Shown here in pieces: positions 23,884 through 36,849 of a stretch of DNA of 64,000 nt. Origin of the DNA: Marsupella aquatica (lineage: Eukaryota; Plantae; Marchantiophyta); the NCBI GenBank assembly GCA_973895155.1, contig OZ316891.1:4012018-4076017 (forward strand), given 5' to 3'. Position numbers and translations under genes: made by a program. The notes under the pieces were generated by a model. The model saw only the letters and a list, made by a program, of their open reading frames with translations. It was not told where the DNA came from and ran no database searches. How positions within the stretch are numbered: position 1 is the stretch's first letter; every line of letters starts with the position of its first letter.

Positions 23884-26800
23884 AGCCGGGGGTATGCCCT
23901 GTGCACGTCATCTAGGAGAGCAGATGATGTGTGGATTCTTGATTGTGCTTGCTCTTTTTATATTTGTTACATTCGTGAGTTTTTCAGTTCTTACTCTGTT
24001 TCAAACGGTTCAGTTCTGATGGGAAATGATCACTCCTGTCAAATTGAGGGAATTGGGTCTGTAGAGATTCAAATGTTTGATGGGGCTGTGCGCATAGTGT
24101 CCGGAGTCAGGTATGTACCTGGCATGCGTAAGAATCTGATTTCACTCGGTGTGTTGGATTCAAATGGTCATCAATGGAGCGTTATTGATGGTGAACTTCA
24201 AGTCAGGTCGGGAGAGACAGTGATTTTGAAGGGGAGTAGACAAAAGAATTTGTATGTGTTACAGGGAAATACTGTATGTGGAGAGGCCAATGTAACCAAG
24301 TCTCACGAGGAGATGACTCAACTGTGGCATTCACGGCTAGGCCACATGAGTGAGAAGGGTTTGGCTATCTTACGGAAGAATGGACTCATTTCTGATTTGC
24401 AATCTTGTAAATTAGAGTTTTGTGAGCATTGCATTCTTGGAAAGCAGCATCGTCGTGCTTTTGGTGTTGGAACTCATCGTTCCAAAGCGGTTCTTGAGTA
24501 CATACATAGTGACGTGTGGGGTCCATCCCCGACTCCCTCACACTCTGGAAAGTTGTACTATGTATCATTTATTGATGATTACTCAAGATTTGTGTGGATT
24601 TATTTCATGACGCATAAGTCTGATGTCTTGTCCATTTTTAAGAAGTGGAAGGCCCAGGTGGAGAATCAGACTGGAAACACGATCAAGTGTTTGGATACAA
24701 GGGTGAAGAGTCTGAGGTCAGACAACGGCGGGGAGTACACTTCAATGGAATTTGAAGAGTACTGTTCAGAACAGGGGATAACTCGCCATCTCACCACAGT
24801 TTATACTCCGCAGCAGAATGGTGTCGCTGAGAGGCTCAATCGGACACTGTTGGAGCGGTCACGGAGTATGTTGAGCCAATCAGGTTTACCACAAGAATTT
24901 TGGGCAGAAGCTGTCAATACCGCAGCTTATTTGGTAAATCTTTCTCCTTCTAGTGCTATCAATTTCAAAACGCCGTTTGAGATGCGCTATAAGCGGCAAG
25001 CAGACTATCATGGCTTGGTAATTTTTGGAAGTGATGCATATGCTCTCACACCAAAGCAGAATAGGACCAAGTTGGATCCTACCTCCAGGAAATGTGTTTT
25101 TCTTGGGTACCAGAGTGGTGTGAAAGCCTATAGGCTATGGGATCCTATTGCCTGTAAGCTCGTTGTCAGTAGGGATGTTTCCTTCAATGAATCCAGATTA
25201 TTGAAGGAGGGGGAGAATACTCAGGTCTCCCGTACTGACAAAGGAAAATCTCCTATCCTGGATCTCGTTGAGGGGGAGATTGGTTATGAGATGCATGACC
25301 GGAGAGAAGGAGTTGCTCCAATTATGGAGCTGGTTCCTATGCCAGAGGAACCAGAGGAGTTTGTTGATGCTGGTGAGCAACAAGTGGATGCTGTTGAGCT
25401 TCAAATTATACCAGCACACGCAGATCAACCGGAGTCATCGACTAGAAGAACATCTGGTCGCACTGTACACGCTCCATCAAGGTATGGACAGTGGGTTGAT
25501 TCATCTCAACTGCAAGAGGATGATTTTACAGCTGATGATGAGGGTGATGCGTTAATTTTGGAAGAAGGAGAACCTTCTTCATTTCATGAGGCAAGTACTT
25601 CAAAAGAGAAGCAGAAGTGGACTGCAGCAATGCAAACGGAGATGCAGTCACTAAAGGACAACAAAACTTGGGAGCTTGTTAAGCTGCCTAAGGGTCAGCA
25701 AGTGGTGGACAGCAAGTGGATTTACAAGCTGAAGGATAATTCCATAGGAGGTGGATCGAAGGTCTACAAGGCTAGATTGGTAGCAAAGGGATTCACACAA
25801 GAGAAAGGTGTGGATTACAATGAGGTCTTCTCACCAGTTGCTAAGTACTCTACAATACGACTATTGTGTGTACTTGTTGTAATGTTTGGTCTGCTCCTAG
25901 ATCAGATGGATGTTGTCACAGCTTTCCTCTATGGCACATTGGAAGAGGTGATCTTCATGAGACAACCGCTAGGTTTTGTGAAGAGAGGACAGGAGGAATT
26001 GGTTTGCAGATTGCTGAAATCCTTGTATGGGTTGAAGCAGTCACCAAGACAGTGGAACAAGCGGTTTGACGATTGGATTCGGTCACAAGGTTTTCACAGA
26101 AGTGTATTTGACCCTTGTGTGTATTTGAAACCGGTGAAGAATGTTGTCTTTGGGTTCATTGTTTTAGTACTTTATGTGGATGACATGCTAATTGCAGCCA
26201 AGGATAGGTCTGAGATTGTTAAGCTCAAGGCACTGCTTAGTGCAGAGTTTAAGATGAAGGACTTAGGGCCAGCTAAGAGGATTTTGGGTATGGAGATCAC
26301 TAGGGACTTGGAGGCTGGCAAGCTATGGTTGACGCAAAGCAGTTATGCGAGGAAGGTAATTGCAAGGTTCAACATGGAGAATAGCAAGCCAGTAAGTACC
26401 CCGTTGGCTCCACACTTCAAGTTATCATCAGCGTTCTGTTCTACGGATGACACAGAGAAGGGGTTGATGTCAAAGGTTCCATATGACAAGGCAGTGGGGA
26501 GTCTCATGTATTTGATGACTTGCACTAGACCTGATCTTGCCATGGCTATGGGCAAGGTGAGCAGGTACATGTCGAATCCAGGGAAGGTACACTGGGAAGC
26601 AGTGAAGTGGATTATCAGGTACTTGAAGGGTACCGTGGATCATGGTCTTTTATTTGATGCGAATGCAAAGAATGCTAGATCATTGATTGGCTATGTAGAT
26701 TCTGACTATGGACAAGATTTGGACCGAAGGAGATCAACAACAGGATACGTGTTCACACTTGGCGGTGGATGCATAAGTTGGAGGTCTACTTTGCAGAAGT

Positions 26801-27156
26801 GTATTGCTCAGTCTACTACAGAAGCGGAGTATGTTGCAGCTGCGGAAGCAGCAAAGGAAGCGATTTGGTTGGATAGACTTATCACTGAAATGGGATTGCC
26901 ACAGGGGAATGTGAAGCTCCATTGTGATAGTCAAAGTGCGCTCCACCTTGCTGTGAACCAGGTGATGGACAGTAGAGTGAAGCACATTGACGTCAGGTAC
27001 CATTTTATCAGGCAGGCTGTGTCTGATAATTTGTTTGAGCTAGTCAAGATTGATGGTAAACTCAACCCGGCTGACGCATTTACCAAAGTGATTCCTTTGG
27101 AGAGTTTCTCTAGACACCGTGACGTATTGCAGGTTTTGCAATTGCATCACAAGTAG
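23884..27156 (+). CDS. pol: Copia Pol (PR-IN-RT-RNaseH), in the same frame as gag
   Basis: WILDCACS (protease), LWHSRLGH...CEHC, HSDVWGP, RSDNGGEY, QQNGVAER, YKARLVAKG, LYVDDML, GYVDSD, STTEAEY and NPADAFTK. Open from the gag stop to 27156. Confidence 0.96.
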   Translation, partial: SRGYALCTSSRRADDVWILDCACSFYICYIREFFSSYSVSNGSVLMGNDHSCQIEGIGSVEIQMFDGAVRIVSGVRYVPGMRKNLISLGVLDSNGHQWSVIDGELQVRSGETVILKGSRQKNLYVLQGNTVCGEANVTKSHEEMTQLWHSRLGHMSEKGLAILRKNGLISDLQSCKLEFCEHCILGKQHRRAFGVGTHRSKAVLEYIHSDVWGPSPTPSHSGKLYYVSFIDDYSRFVWIYFMTHKSDVLSIFKKWKAQVENQTGNTIKCLDTRVKSLRSDNGGEYTSMEFEEYCSEQGITRHLTTVYTPQQNGVAERLNRTLLERSRSMLSQSGLPQEFWAEAVNTAAYLVNLSPSSAINFKTPFEMRYKRQADYHGLVIFGSDAYALTPKQNRTKLDPTSRKCVFLGYQSGVKAYRLWDPIACKLVVSRDVSFNESRLLKEGENTQVSRTDKGKSPILDLVEGEIGYEMHDRREGVAPIMELVPMPEEPEEFVDAGEQQVDAVELQIIPAHADQPESSTRRTSGRTVHAPSRYGQWVDSSQLQEDDFTADDEGDALILEEGEPSSFHEASTSKEKQKWTAAMQTEMQSLKDNKTWELVKLPKGQQVVDSKWIYKLKDNSIGGGSKVYKARLVAKGFTQEKGVDYNEVFSPVAKYSTIRLLCVLVVMFGLLLDQMDVVTAFLYGTLEEVIFMRQPLGFVKRGQEELVCRLLKSLYGLKQSPRQWNKRFDDWIRSQGFHRSVFDPCVYLKPVKNVVFGFIVLVLYVDDMLIAAKDRSEIVKLKALLSAEFKMKDLGPAKRILGMEITRDLEAGKLWLTQSSYARKVIARFNMENSKPVSTPLAPHFKLSSAFCSTDDTEKGLMSKVPYDKAVGSLMYLMTCTRPDLAMAMGKVSRYMSNPGKVHWEAVKWIIRYLKGTVDHGLLFDANAKNARSLIGYVDSDYGQDLDRRRSTTGYVFTLGGGCISWRSTLQKCIAQSTTEAEYVAAAEAAKEAIWLDRLITEMGLPQGNVKLHCDSQSALHLAVNQVMDSRVKHIDVRYHFIRQAVSDNLFELVKIDGKLNPADAFTKVIPLESFSRHRDVLQVLQLHHK

Positions 27157-27336
27157 AGTTTTCTTAAACATTCATTGTAATTACTGATATATGCTCTTCC
27201 TCATTCCTATGTATTAGGCTACGGCTTAGTTCTGGTTTGCTCTAGTTAGAGAGGGAAACCGGTTTGGTTTCTGTCCAGAACTTCCCGCTGAGGGATCATA
27301 TACATTGGCAGTATTACTCTCCCCTAGACCAGAGTC

Positions 27337-27346
27337 AAGGGGAAGA
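27337..27346 (+). other. Polypurine tract
   Basis: AAGGGGAAGA just before the 3' LTR. Confidence 0.85.
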
Positions 27347-27347
27347 T

Positions 27348-27768
27348 TGTTGGGTATTTACTCTTACGTCTAGGTTAGGTATGACGTGGTTGGTACAACA
27401 ACGTGGGTTGGTACAACTACGTGGTTAGGTACAACTACGTGATTAGGTACAACTATGTGGTTAGGTACAACTACGTGATTAGGTACAACTATGTGGTTAG
27501 GTACAACTAAGTTGCACACTATATCATAAGAGGCATGTGTGCTTGGAGAGGTAGAACCAAGGCTCATTGTTATGGAGCCACTTGAGAGATAGGGAGAGCT
27601 TACACTGTGGAGACTCGGTATAGCCGACGGGCTTAGAGTTCAGTAAAGCTCTCTTGTGTGTTCCCGTGGACGTAGCCTCAAGGAGGTGAACCACGTATCT
27701 CTTGTGTCGACTATTGTGCGTTGGATGGTTCATGGGCTTGCCGTTGCGATCGTCGTCTATGCTCAACA
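27348..27768 (+). repeat. 3' LTR
   Basis: Copy of 21931-22351, followed by TSD GGGAC. Confidence 0.97.
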
Positions 27769-29776
27769 GGGACGTTGCTACGGTGTTTTCTCCCAGGTTG
27801 CAACTGGGGAAATTTCAAACTACAAACTACTTTGTGTCTAGTTGGGCCTCACAAAACGAGCACGCAGTTCAGGAGGTTGATGGAAACCCAATGCTTGACA
27901 GACTGGACGGGTTTTTCACCCACTTACAATAAGTGCAGCCAAAGGAGCTCCCTAAGCAAAATACTCAGAGAAGGAAAACTACTACATGTTCATGACAGCA
28001 GTCACATTTTTAAATTTTGACTCGTCTGAGGTTCATGACTATTTCTAACATTTGACCATTTTTGTGCTTATTGGAAATGGAGCAAATTATGTGAGAAAAA
28101 TCTCAAACTTTGTGAAATACTAGATTGGACATGAGACAACAAGTTGGAAAATTTTGAAATTAAAAAAATATATCAAAGCTGTCCAAATAGATTCTCAACT
28201 TTGCCTTGAGGGTGATTGGAAAAACTACTGGAAGCGTCACTATTTTTCCCGGTCACAATAGGGTAAAAGGAAAAACTTAAACGCTGAGTTTCACAGATGC
28301 CAAGTGACCGCGCAAGTGACAGACTGGTGACGCTTCGTACGGACCACAAATATCAAGTCGTAAACTCTAATTACACCAGGTCAAATTTTGATTATTGTGA
28401 GGCTGCGAAAGAGTATTACAAGGCACCGTAATTGTCCGGCCAGGACCATTGCAGGGCCGGGCACCAAGCGGGACCATATGAATTCGTATCACCTTGCTTT
28501 TGGGCATCGACGTACACTAGTGTCCTGCGAGTAAAAATAAATCGTAGTTGCAACGCGACGAGATTTGTGTGCTGTTGTGTTACATGTACCTTGAAAAACC
28601 ATTCATTAATCAATGGGCGACATTTGCTATGCGTTCTGGCCCGGGTTCTGGCCACGGTCATCTCGTTCTCCAATTTGACCTCCTGTATCTCAACAATCAT
28701 CCGAGAAGCAATCAGCAAGATCTCGATAGCAGTGGATCGATAAGATGCTGTATATTCTTCGAAAGCAAAGCAAGCGCAACTGAAGCTATATCAATCAATC
28801 AATCAATGGTGCATGTTGGATCATATTGGTTAATTACTTTTAGCCTGCTTCAATTTGTTGTGAACAGATGTATCCGCCTTTCACCGTGGTTACATCGAGA
28901 CTAAAAAAATGTACTGGCATAAGGCCGACAGAATCCTTACTCTTTGATCAGTGTAGGCTTTAATATGAGCTGGAAACACACAAGGGGAGATTGGAATGCT
29001 AATCCAGGTTTTTTTAGCCTAGTAACCCATTGCAATGCATCCAAACAAGATGAAGGACTAGCTTCTCGTTTCTGGTCGGAGGTTTATCCTGTTTGCTGTG
29101 CCTGGCTGCTGGGCACAGAGTGACAACCTTGTGTAATCAAGGAGAAATATCAGCACACGGCAGGATTCCAGGCTAAACAGTACCGGAAACCAATACTCCC
29201 TTATCAGTGTGCAACGTACCTCAGTTGGTCTGCGTGTAATTTTCCTTCTTTGTAGGATGCATTTGGGGAGAACAAGTGAACAAGTGCCGGAATAAGGAGT
29301 TACTGAGAAACTCAGGTCGGGTAAGAACTCAACCCTGCCTTTTATTCGTTTTCAGAATACAGCTGGTTGGAAAATTTATGAACAAGATCAGTGAATTGGA
29401 CAAAAGTAAGTCTTTAGAATCTGAGGCTGGATCATATATAGATGCCAGATCCATTAGTTGGAGCCTGACTTCGGTTTTGAAGCATCTGGGCAAGCATTGT
29501 AAAAGTCTACAATATAAAGAGGTGTAGGTCAGGCGGTACATACAGATATATTAACAGTTATTTTCTATTGTCAACATATTGAGTTCTCTCAAAACTTCTT
29601 TCAAGTTTGCGCACTCTTTCACTCATCTTGTGGACAACGATCTTCCGAGATTCAACGTGGTGAAAACTTCTTTCAAAGGTGCAGGTCGTAATCACATGTC
29701 AAGTCTTCTTTCTTCCTCGCTACAATCAAGTATCATAAGCCAGTCTGCCCGCCAGTCTGTGTTTCGAGCTGAACAG

Positions 29777-30058
29777 ATTGCATTGCTAATCTAAATAGCA
29801 TCAATAGAGTTGACCCACTTCTAGGGTAAGCATACAAACCCTTTGCCCAGAGAAATTTTTCCCCTCCAGTGAAGCTTTCATGAGAGTGCCAAAGTGCAGT
29901 GAGAGCTCGAGACAGCAATTGCATTTCTAATCTAAATAGAATCAAGAGAGTTGACCCACTTCATTTCTAGGGTAAGCAGACAAACCCTTCGTCCAGAGAA
30001 ATCTTTCCCCTCCACTGAAGCTTTCATGAGAGTGCCAAAGTGCAGTGAGAGCTCGAGT
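29777..30058. repeat. Imperfect tandem duplication, unit about 141 bp
   Basis: ATTGCATT..CTAATCTAAATAG...GAGAGTGCCAAAGTGCAGTGAGAGCTCGA occurs twice. Confidence 0.9.
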
Positions 30059-30059
30059 T

Positions 30060-32520
30060 GCGGACACCTTCCTATTTCCTCGTTTCTTGGAACAGAATTG
30101 CAGCAGGTACAACTTTTTGACTCCCTTATCAGTTACATAAACAGGTTTCTTGGCTACAGTCTCTTACAAACTCACTACAATGTCATCTCAATCGATCAGA
30201 TTCTTTCCCTTCACGACACAGGGCGTGAAGGTCACTTTACGAACATAGTTGACGGGTATCTCATGACCTTTCTTGATAAATATACCAATCGAAAGATGTT
30301 CTCACATATATAATCGCTCGTTCTCCCGATCGATCACCATATACTCCTTTTGATGCTTCTCTCAATAAATTATATTCCTTTTGATGCTTCTCTTAATAAA
30401 TGGCCACGACGTGTCAAACCCAATCGTCCTTCCAGCTATTCTGGTGACCACCATATCCTTCCATCCTTTCTCCACACCATGCAAATCTTCCCTAGAACTA
30501 TAGCACTTCGAGCATTGCTCATGAAGATCACCTTGGTTTTTTTGTTGAAAGCTTGCTTCAACCTTCCTTGCAAATATGGAGATTCTGAAAATCCTCCAAG
30601 ATGGCTCTCAGTTGGGATCAAGTAGCCCGTGGACGAGAGCGAGAATCTTATGCACCACAATCATGATCAATAACCCTTGTGGTCAATAACAAGTAGTCGT
30701 CATCTGTCATGACAGCTGTATGGTTCATTTTGTCAAATCGTTTCCATGCTTTTGTCAGCTTGCCCGGAACTGGAATCCGAAAAGTTTTTGTGTCACTGTT
30801 GAAGCTGCATTTTATGTTCTTGTGGTAATTCCTATCTTCTCATGCGATATTAAGTTCGTGGTGCCCCACCTACGTCAACTACCAAAAATTGATCCCCATT
30901 CCAGAAACTTGGAGTTTCCAAGGATTTGTGCACTTGCACAGCGGCTGGTTCTGGCTCAGTAACCATAATGAGATCATGGAGGCTAGCTACGGTGTCATCT
31001 TTACAAAATAGACCCAGCACCATTCCTGCCACTTCAGAACAGTCTTTCGTTGTTTGTCGCACTTTTGGAGTCCATATTGCGGGAACTGTGAAGACGTATT
31101 GAACCTCTCGTTGTAGATTTACCTCGCTACCGTATTTGTTTTGAATTACTTTCAAAACGTATCTTGACAAAGGCTAATCTTAAGTGGGCACTTCGGCTGA
31201 ATTGGACCCCCAATCCTCATTTACTTTGGTCTGGCACCTGGTTTCCATTCCGCGCAGCACGGGAAAATTGCTACTTGTGGCAATTAATCTATCTCATCCC
31301 TGCTACCCAACACTGGCGTCTACCACCTACCGACCCGATCACCTAGCTAGTGTCAGTACTAGATGTGGGCAAAGCATACACGAAGATCTGATCCACTGCA
31401 TTTGGGAATGCAACATATCACAGATGGTCTGGACATGGGTCCAACCCATCCTTCAACAATGTGCTTTCTCTCAGGGACCCCGGATGCAACTGCTACCCGC
31501 ACATATTTTTGTTGGGGAATCATTGCCAGAGCAATGGGACATTCCTGAGCGACTGTGGCACATTGTTCGAGCCATCGGCTGGACCATCTGGAAAGATAGA
31601 TGTCTACATTGTATTGAGCACACCCAGCCCAATCCACAGGGAATTATCCGGAAAGCCTGGCATCGTTTAGGAGTCTACCTCCGTAGAGATTGGGCCAGGC
31701 ATCGTTTAGGAGTCTACCTCCGAAGAGATTGGACCAGGCTTAAAACCAGGGTTCGGAATGGGAAGATCACATACAGTGAAGCTCAACATGAAATGTCAAT
31801 GGACTTCGGGGCTTGAGATGGACTCTGGCAAATTCACGAAGAACTGCTCCAAGTTCAGCCAGTCCCACCCTGTCCACCATGAGACTCTCGCTTCCTCAGG
31901 GTTTTGAGGTTGTGCTACTTCTAGACTGATAGGTTCTTTCTTATCACGGACCCACTGTATGGGACCCCGCCAGTCCTTGATCACTGGCCGGTCTTTGGGA
32001 GAGTGCCGTTCCTGTCGTAGTCTCCAAATTGCTTGTTTGGTTTGTCTCTATGGAGACCCCGTTTCTTACCTGGTTCCATCCTCACAGCACTTCGACCTCT
32101 GGTCCCCATGGGCTGGTGCTTCTTTTTTGGTCCCCTCCTTTTTTTTGTATGCTGACTAAATGAATGGAATTCCTTGGTTTTTTGGAACCAAAAAAATTAA
32201 TTATCTTGACAATTTACGTAGGTAGTCGCTGATGACTCATCTAGGATCAGTCCATAATAAGGGAGATCTTGTGAGACGCCAGGAGTCCCAACTTGACTGG
32301 CCGAAGGTTCCGGCTTGGAACCCGGCATGTACCAGAAACTGGTCTATGTCTTGCAGTATACTTTAGCCCCAGCCTCCGCCAGTCCGGGCCAGTTCTCGTG
32401 AAGTTGTACTTATGTCATGGTCGCCATTGCTTTTCTTGGACTGGACATTTGTAAGATTTGCAAACGCGGCTCCAGAGAATGTACGTTGTTCCGGAATCTA
32501 GCGCCACGACGTAATTAGCT
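30060..32520 (-). pseudogene. HSPA12-type atypical Hsp70 pseudogene, interrupted by a LINE
   Basis: Fragments YVVALD(S)GTT..SGAAFA, ENWPG, ISDYLRKLSR|YVLK, FTVPAIW, VTEPEPAA, FLVVDVGG(GTT) and GGFSESPYLQ...AIVLG, with multiple stops and frameshifts. The 3' boundary is approximate. Confidence 0.85.
31171..32201 (+). mobile_element. 5'-truncated L1-type LINE
   Basis: 11-bp TSD TATCTTGACAA (31160-31170, 32202-32212). zf-RVT-like C-terminus EDLIHCIWEC...VW...WTIWKDR, followed by a pyrimidine-rich 3' UTR and an A-rich tail. Confidence 0.9.
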
Positions 32521-35500
32521 AACTGTCTCGCTAGCTGGTTGGCCTCAGGTTGGTTTGTCTTCTTGAGATTGGGATGCCTTGGCATAATGTTCTGCTGGAA
32601 ATCGGCGTTGCGGAGGCCCTCCTCTCTGGCTCTTGATCTTGACTGAAAGCTAACTCCTGAAATGGCTGGTAGTGGATCGCAACTGGAAGAAAGGATGATC
32701 TACATCTGTCAAAATCCGAGTCAAACAAGGCCGGGTTTTCAGAGTAGTCAACATGATTATCTCTGATCCACAAAGGTCAGGGCGCATTTATTAAGAAATG
32801 ACCACCCTGACTGATTGCTCAATACTTTGTGTCGGTTGTTTCACAGGCTCAGATGTGAACTGCTACTCAACGTTCGGACAACTACAGAACACTGCAGTAA
32901 ATCACTTCCGCTATGTTCGTGCTTGACTGTGAAAGCCTTCTAGCGAGTAGTGGACGGTTGATCTGTCATCATTGGATCGGCTAACTTCCCTCTCATGGTG
33001 ATAGTCTCAAGAGAAATCTGATGTTGTCTCATCGATGTGTTTGACCAATGTAAATTTGTAGAGGTACTGTGTGGCGTGACCAACAATATAATTGAGCTCA
33101 CGATTGGATTTCCTAGCTCTAGATACAGGCATGCCATGATAACAACTGCAGGCTGTCTATTCAGTCGAATAATTTGGCATGAATGACAAAAGAGCTCTTG
33201 AGTACATTTTGTCTTTAGGGGGCAGCAGTACTTCTTGGGATGGATAGCTTCTAAGCAGAAAACCTCGCGTGTACAATGTCTACAATGTATTATTCTAAGT
33301 ATATGCAAGGATATAATTTAAGTATACGCTAGTACATCTGGCCTATCGTTTTCTATTGCCGTAGATGGATATTAAGACACTGTGTACCTAACTCACTTCC
33401 CTGGCATTTTCTCCTCTAATTCCTACACTAGACATTGAACTTGCCTTCGAGATGTGGTCAGCTTGCCACTACTGAGATCTAAGTGCGAAATTTAGCAATT
33501 AGGGTGGAGTACTGCGTGAAATATTCTTTGGTTTACTAACAATGAGAAAAAAAAGCGGGAGCCAATTATATATCCTTGCCATTCATCAAAATCTGGATTT
33601 TCGGGCACTGTCTATACTTCTGCCGCCATTCATATCTGGATTTTTGGGCACTGTAAGTTATACTTCTCATATCTTATTTGTCTTTTACATAATTATATAT
33701 TTTCCTACACAATATCTTTTGGACAGCAGCATTGATTTTTCTGCAATGACATCAATCTTGTGTGTGCAAGGCACGCCGGGTATTGAGCCCTTGGCCCTCA
33801 CCTTAACTAATCCCCTGAAACATGTGTACCCTGCTTGTAGGGCATTTTAATATATTTCTGGCTAATATCTTTATGAATCATTGGAAACAAGTCAACCTAA
33901 AATTTATACAAATGTAGTTTACATGTGAGAAGGGCTTTCCAAAGTAGTGCATATCATATATCAATTAGATGGAAGGGGCCATATAATGTTTGTGCCATGC
34001 AACATCATATTACTTGTCCACTCCATTTCAATGTTAGCGCTTAGATAAATATAAATAAATAAATGTTAGTGCTTAGATTAGTTCTACCTTCACCTGCTTA
34101 TAATAAAGAGGCTGCCTCTTCTTCCTCTTGGACAACTGGTAGTGTGCAAGCTTGTGGGGATGTCCCATGCCTATTGCCTAGTGGCTTTTCACCAAACTGA
34201 CAGGTCAAACATAAATACTAACACTTTAAGTATCATCTTTGTGAATGGTGTTGGCTGATGAGGAATATTGTAGCCTGAATGAGATTTTGTAAGTCACCAA
34301 AGGTGTGTAAGCAATTACTGCAAATGAAACTTTTACATGTATTTAACAGGGGTACAAAATGAATGGAGGAAAAAGGTAAGCAAGGATACTCAAGAAGGTT
34401 GTAGTTTTCAGGCCGGTATACTTACTCACTTTACATAGTGTGAGGGCATAGGGCAAAAAGTTGTCAAATGCAGAAAAGATATCATTGCATAAAAGATGAC
34501 ATTGCGCAAAAGAAGTGATGTGAGAGATACCATCTGTGGACAGGATCTGGTTTGCAAAAAGGATGCATGACATTGTATAAAATACATTCAACATGATCTT
34601 TAGTGGAAATGTCCCTGGGCCCCCAGCAAACTAAAGGGGTATACATGCTTACACCCCCCTCCCTAGTACCCCTGATAATTTTTGGAGCCTATGTAAAAAT
34701 TCCTTGTTAATATTCTTAAAAAGTAAATTTTGGACAATAAATCTTCCCCTAAAAATTACTATTTTTCATTGTACATGTTTTTAAATTGCCTTGAAGTATT
34801 GTATACCCTTATCCATTCACTTACATTCATTCATGAGAGATGTACATAAAAAATAGATAAATGTATACACATAGTTTCTATGGAAGAAGAAACTACCTAT
34901 TACGGGTCAATTTATATAATGTGTATATATTAAAGAGTGAGTACTGACATTGTCACTGTAGTCTTTGTGACAACAGTGCGGGAGGGGGGGGAGGGGGGAA
35001 GAGGCAGTATCCCATGCGTTCTCAACTTCTGGTCTTTCTAATGCATAGTTAAAGACAAAAGACTGGAAATTGGGCGTTCCCATTGCCAATGGTTTGGAAA
35101 GTTTTTATTTTTTCCTTAACAACAATGAAAAACTTCTTCTATTTTCCTTGGAAATGGTTTTAATGTTATAAAATTTAACCGTGAAATCCCCAGGGGAAGG
35201 GGGGAACACACAGCCCAGCAAAGGCCAAAAAGAGCAGAATTAAGCCCAAGGGGCCAAAGAGCCCTTGGAAACCAAAAACTTCTTCTATTTTGTTTGGCTT
35301 CATTTTGTTTTGTTTTTGTTTTGGACAGGGTTATATATATATATATATATATCCCTCGCCACACAACGTCTACCTCCCCGCTTCATGCCACCCACAACCA
35401 GCATATTTCACCTTTTGTCATCAATCTCTTCCTTCAACAACTTACATTATATTTGTTGCGTTCTTTTATCAATGCCAATAAATTTTAGTGGCAATAGTAT

Positions 35501-36849
35501 ACAGCTCAGATAACACTTGCTACAGTGTACAAGAATCTGACATACTTTTTGTTTTCATAATGCGCTCTATTTGGACCACAATTTTCAGGATCAATTCTTG
35601 GATCAATTGCCATCTTCATTTTGCATGCAACTTCCGCCTCTCCTGGACCATCCCCCACAACTTATCCTTTGAAAATTTTTGTCAACACAGGAATCCGTTT
35701 CTACATGTACTCTTTCCTTTTGATCATCTTTGCTAACGCTATCAACAATTTTGTGCCACACCATATTAACATAAATTATGACAACCCAAGATGACAACAG
35801 TTTTGAACGGGGTTTTCAAATTTCTTGCAACACTTTTGTTGAATAGCACTTTGGTACAAAGTCAGTAATATCATAATTATCAAGTACTAGTATATTAATA
35901 TGTACTAAATCTTGCCAAATGAATGTTTTTTTACGTCTGCTTACATACTTTTTGGAGAAAATAAAACGCAACCATCAAATACATCCTAGACTTTTTGCGG
36001 TCTGTCACCTATACTTGGATTATGTGTATTGGGTTGCCCAAGGACGTCCTATTATTTTGGGAGTAGAACTGTGTACAATAGACTACTAAAGGATGTGAGA
36101 TGTGTACCCCCATGTACCCCATGATGGTCCAGGATGTGATACTCCTATAGTTACCTACATGCTCTAAGCAGTATACAAAAGGCACACACGTAGAACATGG
36201 GTGGGAGGTTTATGATGGGCTGGAAGGATATAATTACATGTAATTTCATTTATCTAAGTTACAATTTCAAATTCAATTTTTACTCATTATGTTTGCTTGT
36301 TTTCTACAAGTGTTGGAGAGATATGGGTGGTGTTGTTTTAAATTGTTTCTCTTTTGGGTTTTCACTCAAATACTGATTCATGGGGCCAAGTTCAACTGTT
36401 GCCCACCTACTCCCACCTTTCACGTTTTCCTAAGCTAGATGAGGTGGACATTTTATTTTTTCATTTGTGAGTGCAGGACAATTTGTCCTGGCAATATGTA
36501 TTCAACCTTGCACAATGTTTCTTTTTGACCCTCATTTAAGATTACTCGTCTTTGTATCCCATTTTTATTTTCTTTGCATCACTTCACATATTTTTTGTTT
36601 ACATCGAGTTTTTCTGGGCTCCAACATGGTTTTTTCCTTCCCTTTGGAATTGGTTTTCCTTGCAACCCATTGGCACCAGACACGTTTTAACCCACAATCT
36701 TTTGAATGTGTCAACCAAAAACATCCACATTGATAATACCTTGTGCCCCATTTAGGTGGTTAGTTTCTCTTTTGTGAGGAGGGGGAGGGGGAGTGGGAGG
36801 GGGAGGGAGAGGAGTGAAAAGTGTTGCATGACCCCATAGTGGACGTTGT

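Larger units (their letters stand above)
21931..27768 (+). mobile_element. Full-length, young Ty1/copia LTR retrotransposon
   Basis: Two 421-bp TG...CA LTRs that look identical by eye; 5-bp TSD GGGAC; PBS; PPT; gag-PR-IN-RT-RNaseH domain order. Confidence 0.98.

Noticed and set aside
27774-28300. Expected second MULE TIR beyond the copia insertion
   Set aside because: No reverse complement of 15234-15345 and no 9-bp TSD found by eye, so the MULE boundaries are left undefined.
33590-36800. AT-rich patchwork of possible MITE/SINE fragments and a (TA)n tract
   Set aside because: No TIR/TSD pair or coding motif could be established.
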